Shown: positions 1 through 11,418, numbered from the stretch's first letter. The stretch: DNA of 64,000 nucleotides from Narcine bancroftii (GCF_036971445.1 NC_091473.1:205158001-205222000); one strand, 5' to 3'. Notes: generated from the letters alone by a model not told the origin. Made by a program: numbers and translations.

Positions 1-428
1 ATTCTGTGGGCCGTTTAGCTTTGTGAGCCTCTGACAGATTGGTCAGCGCGTGTCCCTACCGGCTCAGCGCAATTCTTCTCATATCTTGCACTGCGAGCTT
101 CATTCCAGGAACAAAAGGGGAAATGTAGTAACACACGGAAATGTCTGCGGGACGCCAAGCAGAGTCACTGACACTACTTACCCCACAAGTGTTACCTTAT
201 ATCTTTGGGACGTTAAAATCCCCGTGGATCGTCAAATCTTGGATATAACATCCAGTTCGATGTGGTTCAGACTCACGATCGTCCGGACAGGATGACGGTT
301 ACATTGGAGAAAAGGGTCAGGATATTACATCTCAATATCTCGAAAGCTCTTGAAGCCGACTTTGCCGTGTATATATGCGCGGTGCGGCGCACACTGTTCT
401 TTGGAAATTGCGGTGACGCACAAAACCT
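1..428 (+). pseudogene. TCR V pseudogene family F copy 1 (5' part cut by window)
   Basis: Frameshifted and internally deleted V exon ending EADFAVYICAVR; RSS CACACTG 390-396, 23 bp, ACAAAACCT 420-428. Confidence 0.82.
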
Positions 429-670
429 GATTCTGAAATCGGATGTGGGTGGAATCAAAACGGGAGGAAGAGGACGGGAGATCATGTTAGTGATTGCGAA
501 AGGCCGAGCAGGTGAAAATGTTAGATAGAATGAGCTAGAGGAATGGAATGAAAGAAGCGGAGAGAGGGAGCGAGGGAGGAGATAAAAAGACGGAAGACAC
601 TGGGAATGTACAGATAGAGGGAGAAACCGTGAAAGGAGAGCGCGATGCAGAGTGTCTTCTCAACGCGGTC

Positions 671-704
671 TGATTGGTTCACGAATGAGATCATCAACCA
701 ATCA
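671..704 (+). promoter_or_regulatory. Putative V-gene promoter: inverted CCAAT-box pair around a TGAGATCA core
   Basis: TGATTGGTT (671-679) and AACCAATCA (696-704), ~130 bp upstream of the leader ATG; homologous elements precede families C (3615-3644) and E (CCAAT 28100-28104). Confidence 0.5.
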
Positions 705-836
705 ATCGTATGTGAAGGAAACTCATTCATTTCTGACCCAGGGTGTTTGTCCGCTCATAACATCGACCGACCCGTATTTCCCTATGTTCAGCTGTAATGC
801 AGGGAAATCTTCGCATTTGACCTTAATCCGCAGATC

Positions 837-1047
837 ATGGCTGTTCTGTGTTTTTTGCCGATTCTTTTGGTCGTTTGGACTGGTGAGCATGTCCGATATG
901 TTACCATCCCCAGTAGTCCACGTGTTTTTAACTTTAACATCAGTAAAGTTAGATGAGTTCCCCCGGAAGAATCAAACTCCTTAGCTCTCCCTCCGTTTAC
1001 TCGTTTACTCGTTCACTGTCTACGTACTGATCTACGTCGCGCGCCCC

Positions 1048-1103
<56 letters not shown>

Positions 1104-1664
1104 GTCGCTCCTCGCCATTCTAATGAGAGAGAAACAAGTCCAGTCTCAAAAGAGATTTTTCAGCATCCGACGTGAGTTTGCGACCTTGTGTGGGGTGAGC
1201 ATTTGGAAAATTTCTTTCTTCCGAATTGAAGCCGAGCATCATGTTGCTCCTGAAGATTGGGCAGAATCTTAGGGCCGATCTGCCAGCTGAGACAGATTGG
1301 TCAACAAGTGTCGCGCGGGTGCAGTACGGTCCAGCGGTGTTCACTCATTGTGCTTTGTTACAGGGGCCAGTGCGAATGATTCAGTGACACAAAGACCGCC
1401 GGAAATGATAGTCGATGAAGGGCAGTTTGTGGAACTGAACTGTAGTTACTCGATGACAACCTACGCTTATTTTTGGTACATTCAAAATCCCGGAAAATCT
1501 CCAAAATATTTGCTGAAAATCCAACTGTCAGGAGACGTGTTTCCTTCTCGCGATTGTCCTGAGAGGATATCGGGTTCCTTAGAGAAAACGAGCCAGAGAT
1601 TCCACCTTAATATCTCACAAATCCGCGTGGATGATTCCGCCGTGTATCTCTGCGCCGTGGAGCT
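837..1664 (+). CDS. TRAV: TCR alpha/delta V gene segment, family A copy 1 (apparently functional)
   Basis: Leader exon 837-882 (MAVLCFLPILLVVWT-G, GT donor), AG acceptor, V exon 1364-1664 (DSVTQ..C..WY..YLCAV) in frame. RSS: CACGCTG 1665-1671, 22 bp, ACAAAAACT 1694-1702. Confidence 0.9.
1051..1103 (+). repeat. (CT)n microsatellite in the family A intron, length-variable across units
   Basis: Direct observation; copies near 14326, 30581, 40773, 50952 and 61091. Confidence 0.9.
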
Positions 1665-1702
1665 CACGCTGTTCCAGGGCGGCGGGGATCTGCACAAAAA
1701 CT
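1665..1702 (+). other. RSS (heptamer, 22-bp spacer, nonamer) of family A; family E uses a 23-bp spacer
   Basis: CACGCTG..ACAAAAACT versus the consensus CACAGTG..ACAAAAACC. Confidence 0.9.
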
Positions 1703-1994
1703 CACCTCGAAAATTGTCATCACGCGCGGTGGCTTGGGGGCGCTCTCGGTCCCCAGAAGCCAGTTCTGTCAGTCAGATTAATAGAAGGGTGAAATCAACG
1801 CCGAGGTGCTGGAGATTTTCCCTCATCTTGCGTTTCTTTTTCTCTGCATCCGTTTCGTTTCTTTGAGGTTGAAGGTAGGATGACAGCGAGGGAGAAAAAG
1901 TGAACAGCTGTTTCCCAGAATATAGTGGGAAAAGGGAAGTTGTGTTTTTGTGATGGAAATTGAGAAGTTGATAAAGGCGGGGTGGGTAGGGCAA

Positions 1995-2440
1995 GAGCGT
2001 GGCCCCACATTCATGAGTGCATATGGCATAGAGAAGAGGACAAAGCAGGCATTGATGCGTGTTTCTGATCATCGTAGAGGAGGTGATGTTGCTGATGAGC
2101 TCTGTTGGGGGCTTCCAATGAGGATATCACAGATCCAGTCACAGATGGCTGGACAAAGTAACGGATTCTTTAGATTGGTCATCCGCTTTGCAACTGTGTG
2201 GGCGTTGAACGCCGGGCATTAGTCCTTGAACAGCAAACCCACCATGGTATTTCGGCGGTATAGGTGATTTAATAAATAGTGGACCGTAAACGGTAGAGGG
2301 TGGGGGGGGGGGGTCGTCAGTTGTGGCGACGGGCGATGGGCGAATTGAAGTGTGTCCAGGTCCTTCCCGTGAGAGGTGTTAATGCGCTCGATAACCAAAC
2401 GGCGAAAACATTTCCTCCAAGTCCGTTAACTTGTTCCTGT
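1995..2440 (-). mobile_element. Degenerate Rex1/Babar-type LINE reverse-transcriptase fragment (recurs at ~7602-7825 partial, ~15255-15700, ~31515-31960, ~41690-42140, ~51867-52315, ~62027-62475)
   Basis: Across copies the minus strand reads KCFRRLVIERIN..KDLDTLQFAH, LFKD..AFN, ICYWICDILIG..LIGNITSST..LLCPLLYAICTHEC. This resembles the Rex1 RT motifs CFERLV..LDPLQFAY..LFIDYSSAFN..CNWILDFL..VLSPLLYSLYTHDC; boundaries approximate. Confidence 0.7.
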
Positions 2441-2464
2441 TGGGCAACAGGAGAGAGCACCGTG

Positions 2465-2572
2465 GAAGCAAAATCTCACAGAAATGCTGGAGCAACACAG
2501 CCGGTGTTGCAGAACCCAAAAGGATGGAAAGATACCTCACCGATATTTCGGGTCCGAGCCCTTCTTCAATGA
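2465..2572. repeat. Short interspersed repeat fragment of a type I recall as common in shark/ray genomes
   Basis: AAATGCTGGAG..CAGC..TTTCGGGTCCGAGCCCTTCTTCA resembles an abundant elasmobranch repeat; recognised from memory, not searched. Present once per unit. Confidence 0.4.
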
Positions 2573-2769
2573 ATAAGAAAATCTCTTGAATGTGTTAAAA
2601 TTAAGACTGCAGACTGACCGGGTTTGTTTGGGGGGGGGGGGAGTGGTGGGGGGGCTGAGAGGGGCAGTTCAAAGCGACAGTTGATAATTGGCTATGGAAG
2701 GTAAAGAGATGAGAATTGATTTTGTTTCTGTCAACGGGGACAGAGGGAAACTCACATAGACAGAGACAC

Positions 2770-2972
2770 NNNNNNNNNNNNNNNNNNNNNNNNNNNNNNN
2801 NNNNNNNNNNNNNNNNNNNNNNNNNNNNNNNNNNNNNNNNNNNNNNNNNNNNNNNNNNNNNNNNNNNNNNNNNNNNNNNNNNNNNNNNNNNNNNNNNNNN
2901 NNNNNNNNNNNNNNNNNNNNNNNNNNNNNNNNNNNNNNNNNNNNNNNNNNNNNNNNNNNNNNNNNNNNNNNN
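2770..2972. other. N-run at the same position in every unit (also 8149-8436, 16049-16205, 32296-32455, 42454-42659, 52634-52797, 62809-63020)
   Basis: Always flanked by GACAC/CACAT on the left and GGGAGAGAG on the right, with variable length; most likely a masked or unresolved GA/CA-type simple repeat. Confidence 0.8.
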
Positions 2973-3029
2973 AGGGAGAGAGAGGGCCGCGGGGAAATGC
3001 AAAAGGGGGAAGAATTAATTGTTTATCCT

Positions 3030-3386
3030 GACTTCCCCCCCTTTCAGTTGTTTGCTGATTTTGTGGACCGAGTCACTTGGCGAACCTCTGACTGATTGGG
3101 TAGCTCGCGTCCCTCCCGGCTCAGCGCAATTTCTCGCATATTACATTCATTGCGTGTTTCGTTCAGACACAAATTGAAATATCGTGGCCCATATATTAAA
3201 TGCTTAAAAATTATAACCGAGACGACGTGGTTCTGCCTCACGTTTGACTGGACAGGATGACGTTGGAGAAAAGGGGCCGGATATTTCACCTCAATACGTC
3301 GAAAACGTTTGTAGCGGACTTGATGGTTTATCTCAGGGCGGTGTGGCTCACGCTGTTCTTTGGAAATAGCTGGACGCACAAATCGT
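3030..3386 (+). pseudogene. Highly degenerate TCR V relic family B copy 1
   Basis: Leader remnant, FR3 remnant (TLEKRGRIFHLN..VYLRAVWL) and heptamer CACGCTG 3349-3355 with decayed nonamer; start approximate. Confidence 0.72.
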
Positions 3387-3764
3387 ATGTGGTTTGAAAT
3401 GAAACGCGAGAAAGAGGATGCTAGAGCACGTTAGGGATTGCTTAATGTTGAACAGGTGAAAATGTGAGACAGAGTGAGCTTCAAGAATAGAACGAAAGAA
3501 GGAGAAAGGGGGCGAGGGAGGAGATTAAAAAAAGGGTAGATGCGGGGAGTGAACAGGTAGAGGGTTGTGAAGCGAGGGGAACGCGATGCAAACTGTCTTC
3601 ACTAACACGTTCTTATTGGTTGGATAATGACCACACCAACCAATCCTGTATGATGGAAACACTCTCATATCTGTCCCAAGTGTTAGACCGCTCATAACAT
3701 CGCCCCACAAATTGTACTGCGGTAACATAAGGAAACCTTCGTTGATGATCTTAATCCATATACC

Positions 3765-4593
3765 ATGTTCTTCGTGAATGGTTTGGTGATTCTTTGGGCC
3801 GTTCTGACTAGTGAGCCTGTCTGACTGGTCAGCGACTTCTGCCCATTGTCCTCTCTCTACAAATCTCTAGCTTTAACCTAATTAAAGACGGACAAATTCC
3901 CCAAATTCTTTTGCTCTTCCTTGCACGTTCTTCCTCCGCTTACTCATTTACACACTCTCTGTGTTTACTGAACTTCCTCGCGGTTTCACTGTCGCTCTCG
4001 TTCCCCCCTCTCTCGCTCTTCGCCATTTTCGTACTAGGGAAACGGGGACACATACAGAGTTTTTGCTACTTCCGACGTGGGTACGCGACCTGATATGGTC
4101 GAGGATTTGTAAAATATCCTACCTCCGAATTTAGACCGGGCATCATGTTCCTACTGATTTGTTGGCTGATTATATGCACCGTTCCGCCTGTTGAGACTAA
4201 TTGGTCAACCAGTGCCGCGCGGGTTCAGTGCCATCCAGCGGCGTTCACACATTTTGTTTTGTTCCAGGAGCGAGGGCAAAGGATTCGGTGACCTAAAGCC
4301 CGCCGCAAATGTTAGTGGATAAAGGGCAGATCGTATCAATGAGATGTAGTTACTTGATTAGCCCCGACACTAATTTTTGGTATATTCAATATCCCGGAGA
4401 ATCTCCAAAATATTTGGCGAAAATCTACACGTCCCGAATCGTGGTTCAGACTCACGATTGTCCTGAGAAAATAACGCGTTATTTGGTGAAAAAGGAAATG
4501 AAATCCTACCTCAACATCTCTGAAAGCCTTGTGGAGGAATCCGTCTTGTATCTCAGGCAGCTGCAGATGGGCTGGCAGATCCACACAAAAAAC
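3765..4593 (+). pseudogene. TCR V pseudogene family C copy 1
   Basis: Leader 3765-3810 (MFFVNGLVILWAVLT); V exon from 4268 with TAA at 4294-4296; second Cys deleted; nonamer 4585-4593. Confidence 0.88.
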
Positions 4594-5502
4594 CGAACCT
4601 CATGGAATTTAATCGGACACTGTGGCTCAGGGGCGCACCCGTCAACGGAATGGAAGCGAAAGCGCGATCTACCTGAAGGGCCTGCTATAACGCGGAGTTG
4701 CAGGAGATTTGCCATCCTCTGAGCGTTTCTCTTTCTCTGAGTGCTCTTGGTCTGAATTGGAGGTTGGAAGTCAGAGGGAGAGGGAGAAACAGATAGGTAT
4801 TTGTCAGTATATTGTAGGAAAATGAAGCAATGTTCTTTAGATGGAAGGAGAGAAGTTTAAAAAAATCTTAGCCACGCGGGTCGGTGGGATTAGCGATTCC
4901 TCAAACCTGTTATTGCTAAAATAAGCATCTAGTTCCTTGGTCTTGATGATATTAAAAACATAATTGTCGTTCTCGAACCAGCCAAACTGGTTCTCGATCA
5001 CCATCCTACATTCGGACTCATCGTTTCCATTTATTTGGGCAGCCCTGGTGGCGCCTTCTGCTAATTTGTAGATTGAGTTTGAGGTGAACTTGGCTGAACA
5101 TCCATGAGTGAACATGACTAAGGTTGAAGGGAGGGAGAGATTGGTACTGCTCTCGAAAGATTAACTAAGTGGAAGACGGAGTCGCCTCAAGGAAGGAAGT
5201 GAAAGAGAACAGGAGAAGCGGCGAGAGGGTGCAGGAAAACATGTGAAGATGAAGGAAAGGGATGAGCAAGAGTGAAGAAGAGAGAGACGTCTGGTGTGTA
5301 AATATAGACAAGTAACACGTGGGAAAAAGAGTGAGAATGAGAACGGCCAAGATCAGTAACCAGGTTTCATTGGTTCTGTCACTATTGAGGCGATGTGCGA
5401 GGAATGCGCCCTCCTGTGCCTCCTAGAGGATGGGCCGCTACTGACGCGATGCCACAGTCATATATCGGGCGAAGACGTTGAAAGATGCTCCTGTTCATAT
5501 TC

Positions 5503-5961
5503 ATCCTGGATTCCTTCCCATTCAGTTGTTTTCTGATTCTGTGGGCCGTTCTGCTTGGAGAACCTCTGTCTAATTTGTCAGCGCGTGTCCCTCCCGGCTC
5601 AGACTATTTCCTCGCAGATCTGCACTGCTTGCTTCTTTCCGAAACAAATGGGGAAATGCTGTGACACACGGACATGGCCGCGGTAAGACAAGAAGTGGCA
5701 CTGAAACTAGTTACCCGAGAGGTGTAACCTTATTTTTTGGAGACGTTACAATTCCCGTGGACCGTGAGTTCTTGGATATAACATACTATTCAATGCGCTT
5801 CGGTCTTACGATCGTCCGGACAGGATGACGGTTCCTTTGGAGAAAAGGGCCTGGATATTCCACCTCACTGTTTCGAAAGCTGTTGAAGCGGACTTGGCCG
5901 TGTATCTCTGCGCGGTGCCGCTCACAATGTTCTTTGGAAATTACGGAAATGCACAAAAGCT
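5503..5961 (+). pseudogene. TCR V pseudogene family D copy 1
   Basis: Leader remnant with no ATG or GT; FR3 LEKRAWIFHLTVSKAVEADLAVYLCAVPL; RSS CACAATG 5923-5929, 23 bp, ACAAAAGCT 5953-5961. Confidence 0.8.
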
Positions 5962-6029
5962 GATTCTGAAATCGGATGTGGGTGGAAACAAAACCGGAGA
6001 CAGAGGACGCGAGACTCAGAGTGAGACAG

Positions 6030-7408
6030 TCATATGGCAACTCGATCACACTCCCGCCACTCTCTGAGTGGAGGTTCCCCCTCAACCTTTCCCCTTTCAC
6101 CATAAAGCGGTGTCCTCTTGTAGTTATCTCTCCAAATCTAAGTGGAAAGAGCCTACTCAATTTTACAGTGTCTACAACTCTCTTAAATTAGTAAATCTCA
6201 ATCAAGCATCCCCTTATTCCTCTACGCTACAAGTCCTAACCTGTGTAATCTTTCCCTGTAATTCAACTCCTGAATACTCGAAACATCGTAGCAAATCTCT
6301 CTGCACTCTTTCAATCCTAAATATACCCTTCGTATAGTTTGGCGACCAGAAGGGCACACAGAACTCCTAATGTTCTCATATTTTCTATACTCCTCTCGTA
6401 GCTAATTGCTATTTGTTCCCTATACACACTTTAAACCTTTTTCACCAGATCGCAAATGTCCTCGAAAACCAAGGTTCCCTCTGCCTGTTATCAGTGCCTT
6501 TAATCGTGACAGGAACGGGCAAAATCTGCTCTCTCAAAATGTCGCATTTGAAGACCTTCCACTGACTGAACACATATTTGCCATTAAACAGATTATTCCA
6601 GTCCACTCTTCCTCGATCGTTTCTCATTTCCATAAATTGGCCTCTCACCAATTTATAATATTAACTCGAGGGTTAGACCTGTCCATATGCATAAGCAAAT
6701 TGAAAATAAGGAAATAAAGTATTGCATCAGCTCTCGTTGGCACCTATATATATTGATTAAGAAATCTTTCCTGAACAGATTTGACAAACGTTAAGCCACC
6801 CAGCCCTTTTACCACATGGGGGTCCAGTCAATATATGGAAAATTAAAATCACCTACTATCCCAACTTTCTGTTTCTTACATCGGTCTGCTTACTCTTTTC
6901 AGATTTGCACCGTCAATTCTCTTGGACTATTGTACGGTCTATAACACAACCCTTTCAGTGTGGCCGCATCATACCCGTTGGTGAACTACATCCATATGGC
7001 CTCTGAGGACGAGGCCTGTCCTGTCTAATCTCACTCCTCCCCCTTTCACCCTCCCACATCATGTCTGAAAGAGAGAATCATGGAGCAATGTGCTGCCAGT
7101 CCTACTGCTCCTGCAACCACGTCTCACTAAAGGCAATAAAGTCGTGATTCCACGCCTGAAAACCTCCCGCCTTTATGGCAATACTCGTTGCATTGAAATA
7201 AATAGAACATTTCTATCGTGTGCAAACCTTTGATTTCTGTCTATACACGCAGTCCTCACATGATATTTAACCACGTCCACCTCACTATCAGCTGTCACAG
7301 TCTGGTTTCCCTCCCCCTACAAATCAAACTTAACCCTCCGGAACAGCATCAGCAAACCTGCCTGCAAGGATATAGGTCCCCTTCCAGTTCGGATACAAAC
7401 CACCTGTC
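6030..7408 (-). mobile_element. Degenerate CR1-clade (HER1-like) LINE with RT domain deleted
   Basis: Minus strand: ORF1 C-terminal remnant (PNWKGTYILAGRFA), EN motifs (IYFNA; GIVGDFNFPYIDW ~6824-6860), linker (VDWNNLF..REPWFSR), then a jump to the ORF2 end (ELNYRERLHRLGL-like) and 3' UTR; ends approximate. Confidence 0.8.
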
Positions 7409-7601
7409 GGATATATTTGCTGGAAAATCCGCAGCTCAGGGGTAGAGGGTCTGTCTCACTATTGGACGGACAGGATGAAGGGTTCCTTGGAGAAAAGGGG
7501 TTGGATATTCTAAGTCACTATCTCCGGAGATCCTGAAGCGGACCTGGCCGTTTGTCTATGTTCGGTGCGATTCAGACCCCTCCTGGGATATTGCGGAGGT
7601 A
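7409..7601 (+). pseudogene. 3' half TCR V relic family G copy 1 (cut by duplication junction)
   Basis: DRMKGSLEKRG..EADLAVCLCSVRF remnant abutting the CR1 fragment. Confidence 0.7.
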
Positions 7602-8499
7602 TCCTTGAACAGCAAACCCACCATTGTATTTCGGCGGTATAGGTGATTTAATAAATAGTGGACCGTCAACGGTAGTGGGGGGGTGGGGTGGGGGGGGTCG
7701 TCAGTTGTGGAGACGGGCGATGGGCGAATTGAAGTGTGTCCAGGTCCTTCCCGTGAGAGGTTTTAATGCGCTCGATAACCAAACGGCGAAAACATTTCCT
7801 CCAAGTCCGTTAACTTGCTCCTGTTGGGCAACAAGAGAGAGCACCGTGGAAGCAAAATCTCACAGAAATGCTAGAGCAACACAGCCGGTGTTGCAAAACC
7901 CAAAAGGAGGGAAAGATACCTCACCGATATTTCGGGTCCGAGCCCTTCTTCAATGAATAAGAAAATCTCTTGAATGTGTTAAAATTAAGACTGCAGACTG
8001 ACCGGGTTTGTTGTGGGGGGGGGGGGGGGGAGGTGGGGAGGGGCAGTTCAAAGCGACAGTTGATAATTGGCTATGGAAGGTAAAGAGATGAGATTAGATT
8101 TTGTTTCTGTCAACGGGGACAGAGGGAAACTCACATAGACCGAGACACNNNNNNNNNNNNNNNNNNNNNNNNNNNNNNNNNNNNNNNNNNNNNNNNNNNN
8201 NNNNNNNNNNNNNNNNNNNNNNNNNNNNNNNNNNNNNNNNNNNNNNNNNNNNNNNNNNNNNNNNNNNNNNNNNNNNNNNNNNNNNNNNNNNNNNNNNNNN
8301 NNNNNNNNNNNNNNNNNNNNNNNNNNNNNNNNNNNNNNNNNNNNNNNNNNNNNNNNNNNNNNNNNNNNNNNNNNNNNNNNNNNNNNNNNNNNNNNNNNNN
8401 NNNNNNNNNNNNNNNNNNNNNNNNNNNNNNNNNNNNACGAAATAGAGGGAGAGAGAGGGCCGCGGGGAAATGCAAAAGGGGAAGAATTAATTGTTTAAC

Positions 8500-8858
8500 C
8501 TGACTTCCCCCCCTTTCAGTTGTTTGCTGATTTTGTGGACCGAGCCACTTGGCGAACCTCTGACTGATTGCGTAGCTCGCGTCTCTCCCGGCTCAGCGCA
8601 ATTTCTCGCATATTACATTCATTGCGTGTTTCCTTCAGACACAAATTGAAATATCGTGGCCCATATATTAAATGCTTAAAAATTATAACCGAGACGACGT
8701 GGTTCTGCCTCACGTTTGACTGGACAGGATGACGTTGGAGAAAAGGTGCCGGATATTTCACCTCAATACGTCGAAAACGTTTGTAGAGGACTTGATGGTT
8801 TATCTCAGGGCGGTGTGGCTCACGCTATTCTTTGGAAATAGCTGGACGCACAAATCGT
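8500..8858 (+). pseudogene. TCR V relic family B copy 2
   Basis: Paralog of 3030-3386. Confidence 0.7.
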
Positions 8859-9237
8859 ATGTGGTTTGAAATGAAACGCGAGAAAGAGGATGCTAGAGCA
8901 CGTTAGGGATTGCTTAATGTTGAACAGGTGAAAATGTGAGACAGAGTGAGCTTCAAGAATAGAACGAAAGAAGGAGAAAGGGGGCGAGGGAGGAGATTAA
9001 AAAAAGGGTAGACGCGGGGAGTGAACAGGTAGAGGGTTCGTGAAGCGAGGGGAACGCGATGCAAACTGTCTTCACTAACGCGTTCTTATTGGTTGGATAA
9101 TGACCACACCAACCAATCCTGTATGATGGAAACACTCTCATATCTGTCCGAAGTGTTAGACCGCTCATAACATCGCCCCACCAATTGTACTGCGGTAACA
9201 TAAGGAAACCTTCGCTGATTATCTTAATTCACATACC

Positions 9238-10050
9238 ATGTTCTTCGTGAGTGGTTTGGTGATTCTTTGGGCCGTTCTGACTAGTGAGCCTGTCTGACTG
9301 GTCAGCGACTTCTGCCCATTGTCCTCTCTCCACAAATCTCTAGCTTTAACCTAATTGGACAATTTCCCCAAATTCTTTTGCTCTTCCTTGCACGTTCTTC
9401 CTCCGCTTACTCATTTACACACTCTCTGTGTTTACTGAACTTCCTCGCGGTTTCACTGTCGCTCTCGTTCCCCCCTCTCTCGCTCTTCGCCATTTTCGTA
9501 CGAGGGAAACGGGGACACATACAGAGTTTCTGCTGCTCCCGACGTGGGTACGCGACCTGATATGGTGGAGGATTTGTAAAATATCCTACCTCCGAATTTA
9601 GACCGGGCATCATGTTCCTACTGATTTGTTGGCTGATTATATGCACCGTTCTGCCTGTTGAATTAATTGTGCCGCGCGGGTTCAGTGCCATCCAGCGGCG
9701 TTCACACATTTTGTTTTGTTCCAGGGGCGAGGGCAAAGGATTCGGTGACCTAAAGCCCGCCGCAAATGTTAGTGGATAAAGGGCAGATCGTATCAATGAG
9801 ATGTAGTTACTTGATTAGCCCCGACACTAATTTTTGGTACATTCAATATCCCGGAGAATCTCCAAAATATTTGGCGAAAATCTACACGTCCCGAATCGTG
9901 GTTCAGACTCACGATTGTCCTGAGAAAATAACGCGTTATTTGGTGAAAAAGGAAATGAAATCCCACCTCAACATCTCTGAAAGCCTTGTGGAGGAATCCG
10001 TCTTGTATCTCACGCAGCTGCAGATGGGCTGGCAGATCCACACAAAAAAA
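9238..10050 (+). pseudogene. TCR V pseudogene family C copy 2
   Basis: Same early TAA (9751-9753) and loss of the second Cys. Confidence 0.88.
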
Positions 10051-10959
10051 CCGAACCTCATGGAATTTAATCGGACACTGTGGCTCAGGGGCGCACCCGT
10101 CAACGGAATGGAAGCGACAGCGCGATCTGCCTGAAGGGCCTGCTATAACGCGGAGTTGCAGGAGATTTGCCATTCTCTGAGCGTTTCTCTTTCTCTGAGT
10201 GCTCTTGGTCTGAATTGGAGGTTGGAAGTCAGAGGGAGAGGGAGAAACAGATAGGTATTTGTCAGTATATTGTAGGAAAATGAAGCAATGTTCTTTAGAT
10301 GGAAGGTGAGAAGTTTAAAAAAATCTTAGCCACGCGGGTCGGTGGGATTAGCGATTCCTCAAACCTGTTATTGCTAAAATAAACAACTAGCTCCTTGGTC
10401 TTGATGATATTAAAAACATAATTGTCGTTCTCGAACCAGCCAAATGATTCTCGATCACCATCGTGCATTCGGACTCATCGTTTCCATTTATTTGGGCAGC
10501 CCTGGTGGCGCCTTCTGCTAATTTGTAGATTGAGTTGGAGGTGAACTTGGCTGAACATCCATGAGTGAACATGGCTAAGGTTGAAGGGAGGGAGAGATTG
10601 GCACTGCTCTCGAAAGATTAACTAAGTGGAAGACGGAGTCGCCTCAAGGAAGGAAGTGAAAGAGAACAGGAGAAGCGGCGAGAGGGTGCAGGAAAACATG
10701 TGAAGATGAAGGAAAGGGATGAGCAAGAGTGAAGAAGAGAGAGACGTCTGGTGTGTAAATATAGACAAGTAACACGTGGGAAAAAGAGTGAGAATGAGAA
10801 CGGCCAAGATTAGTAACCAGGTTTCATTGGTTCTGTCACTATTGTGGCGATGTGCGAGAAATGCGCTCTCCTGTGCATTCTAGAGGATGGGCCGCTACTG
10901 ACGCGATCCCACAGTCATATATCGGGCGAAGACTTTGAAAGATGCTCCTGTTCATATTC

Positions 10960-11418
10960 ATCCTGGATTCCATCCCATTCAGTTAATTTCTGATTCTGTG
11001 GGCCGTTCTGCTTGGAGAACCTCTGTCTAATTTGTCAGCGCGTGTCCCTCCCGGCTCAGACTATTTCCTCGCAGACCTGCACTGCTTGCTTCTTTGCGAA
11101 ACAAATGGGGAAATGCTGTGACACACGGACATGGCCGCGGTAAGACAAGAAGTGGCACTGAAACTAGTTACCCGAGAGGTGTAACCTTATTTTTTGGAGA
11201 CGTTACAATTCCCGTGGACCGTGAGATCTTGGATATATCATAGTATTCAATGCGCTTCGGTCTCACGATCGTCCGGACAGGATGACGGTCCCTTTGGTGA
11301 AAAGGGCCTGGATATTCCTCCTCAATGTTTCGAAAGCTGTGGAAGCGGACTTGGCCGTGTATCTCTGCGCGGTGCCGCTCACTCTGTTCTTTGGAAATTG
11401 CAGAAATGCACAAAAGCT
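10960..11418 (+). pseudogene. TCR V pseudogene family D copy 2
   Basis: Paralog; RSS 11380-11418. Confidence 0.8.

Noticed and set aside
1297-1866. 189-aa ORF (and paralogs, plus the 143-aa ORFs at 28470 etc.) as standalone single-exon Ig-domain genes
   Set aside because: They start inside the intron and read through the RSS; the real structure is leader exon, V exon and RSS.
2629-2665. G-tracts before each N-run as functional G-quadruplex or switch-like elements
   Set aside because: Short, highly variable homopolymer runs with no positional link to the V genes; function cannot be supported from sequence.
2601-3018. ORFs spanning N-runs (all units)
   Set aside because: Artefacts of undetermined bases.
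4837-5115. Recurrent 92-aa minus-strand ORF (MFTHGCSAKF...)
   Set aside because: No recognisable domain, non-ATG start, and broken in some copies; recurrence is explained by segmental duplication.
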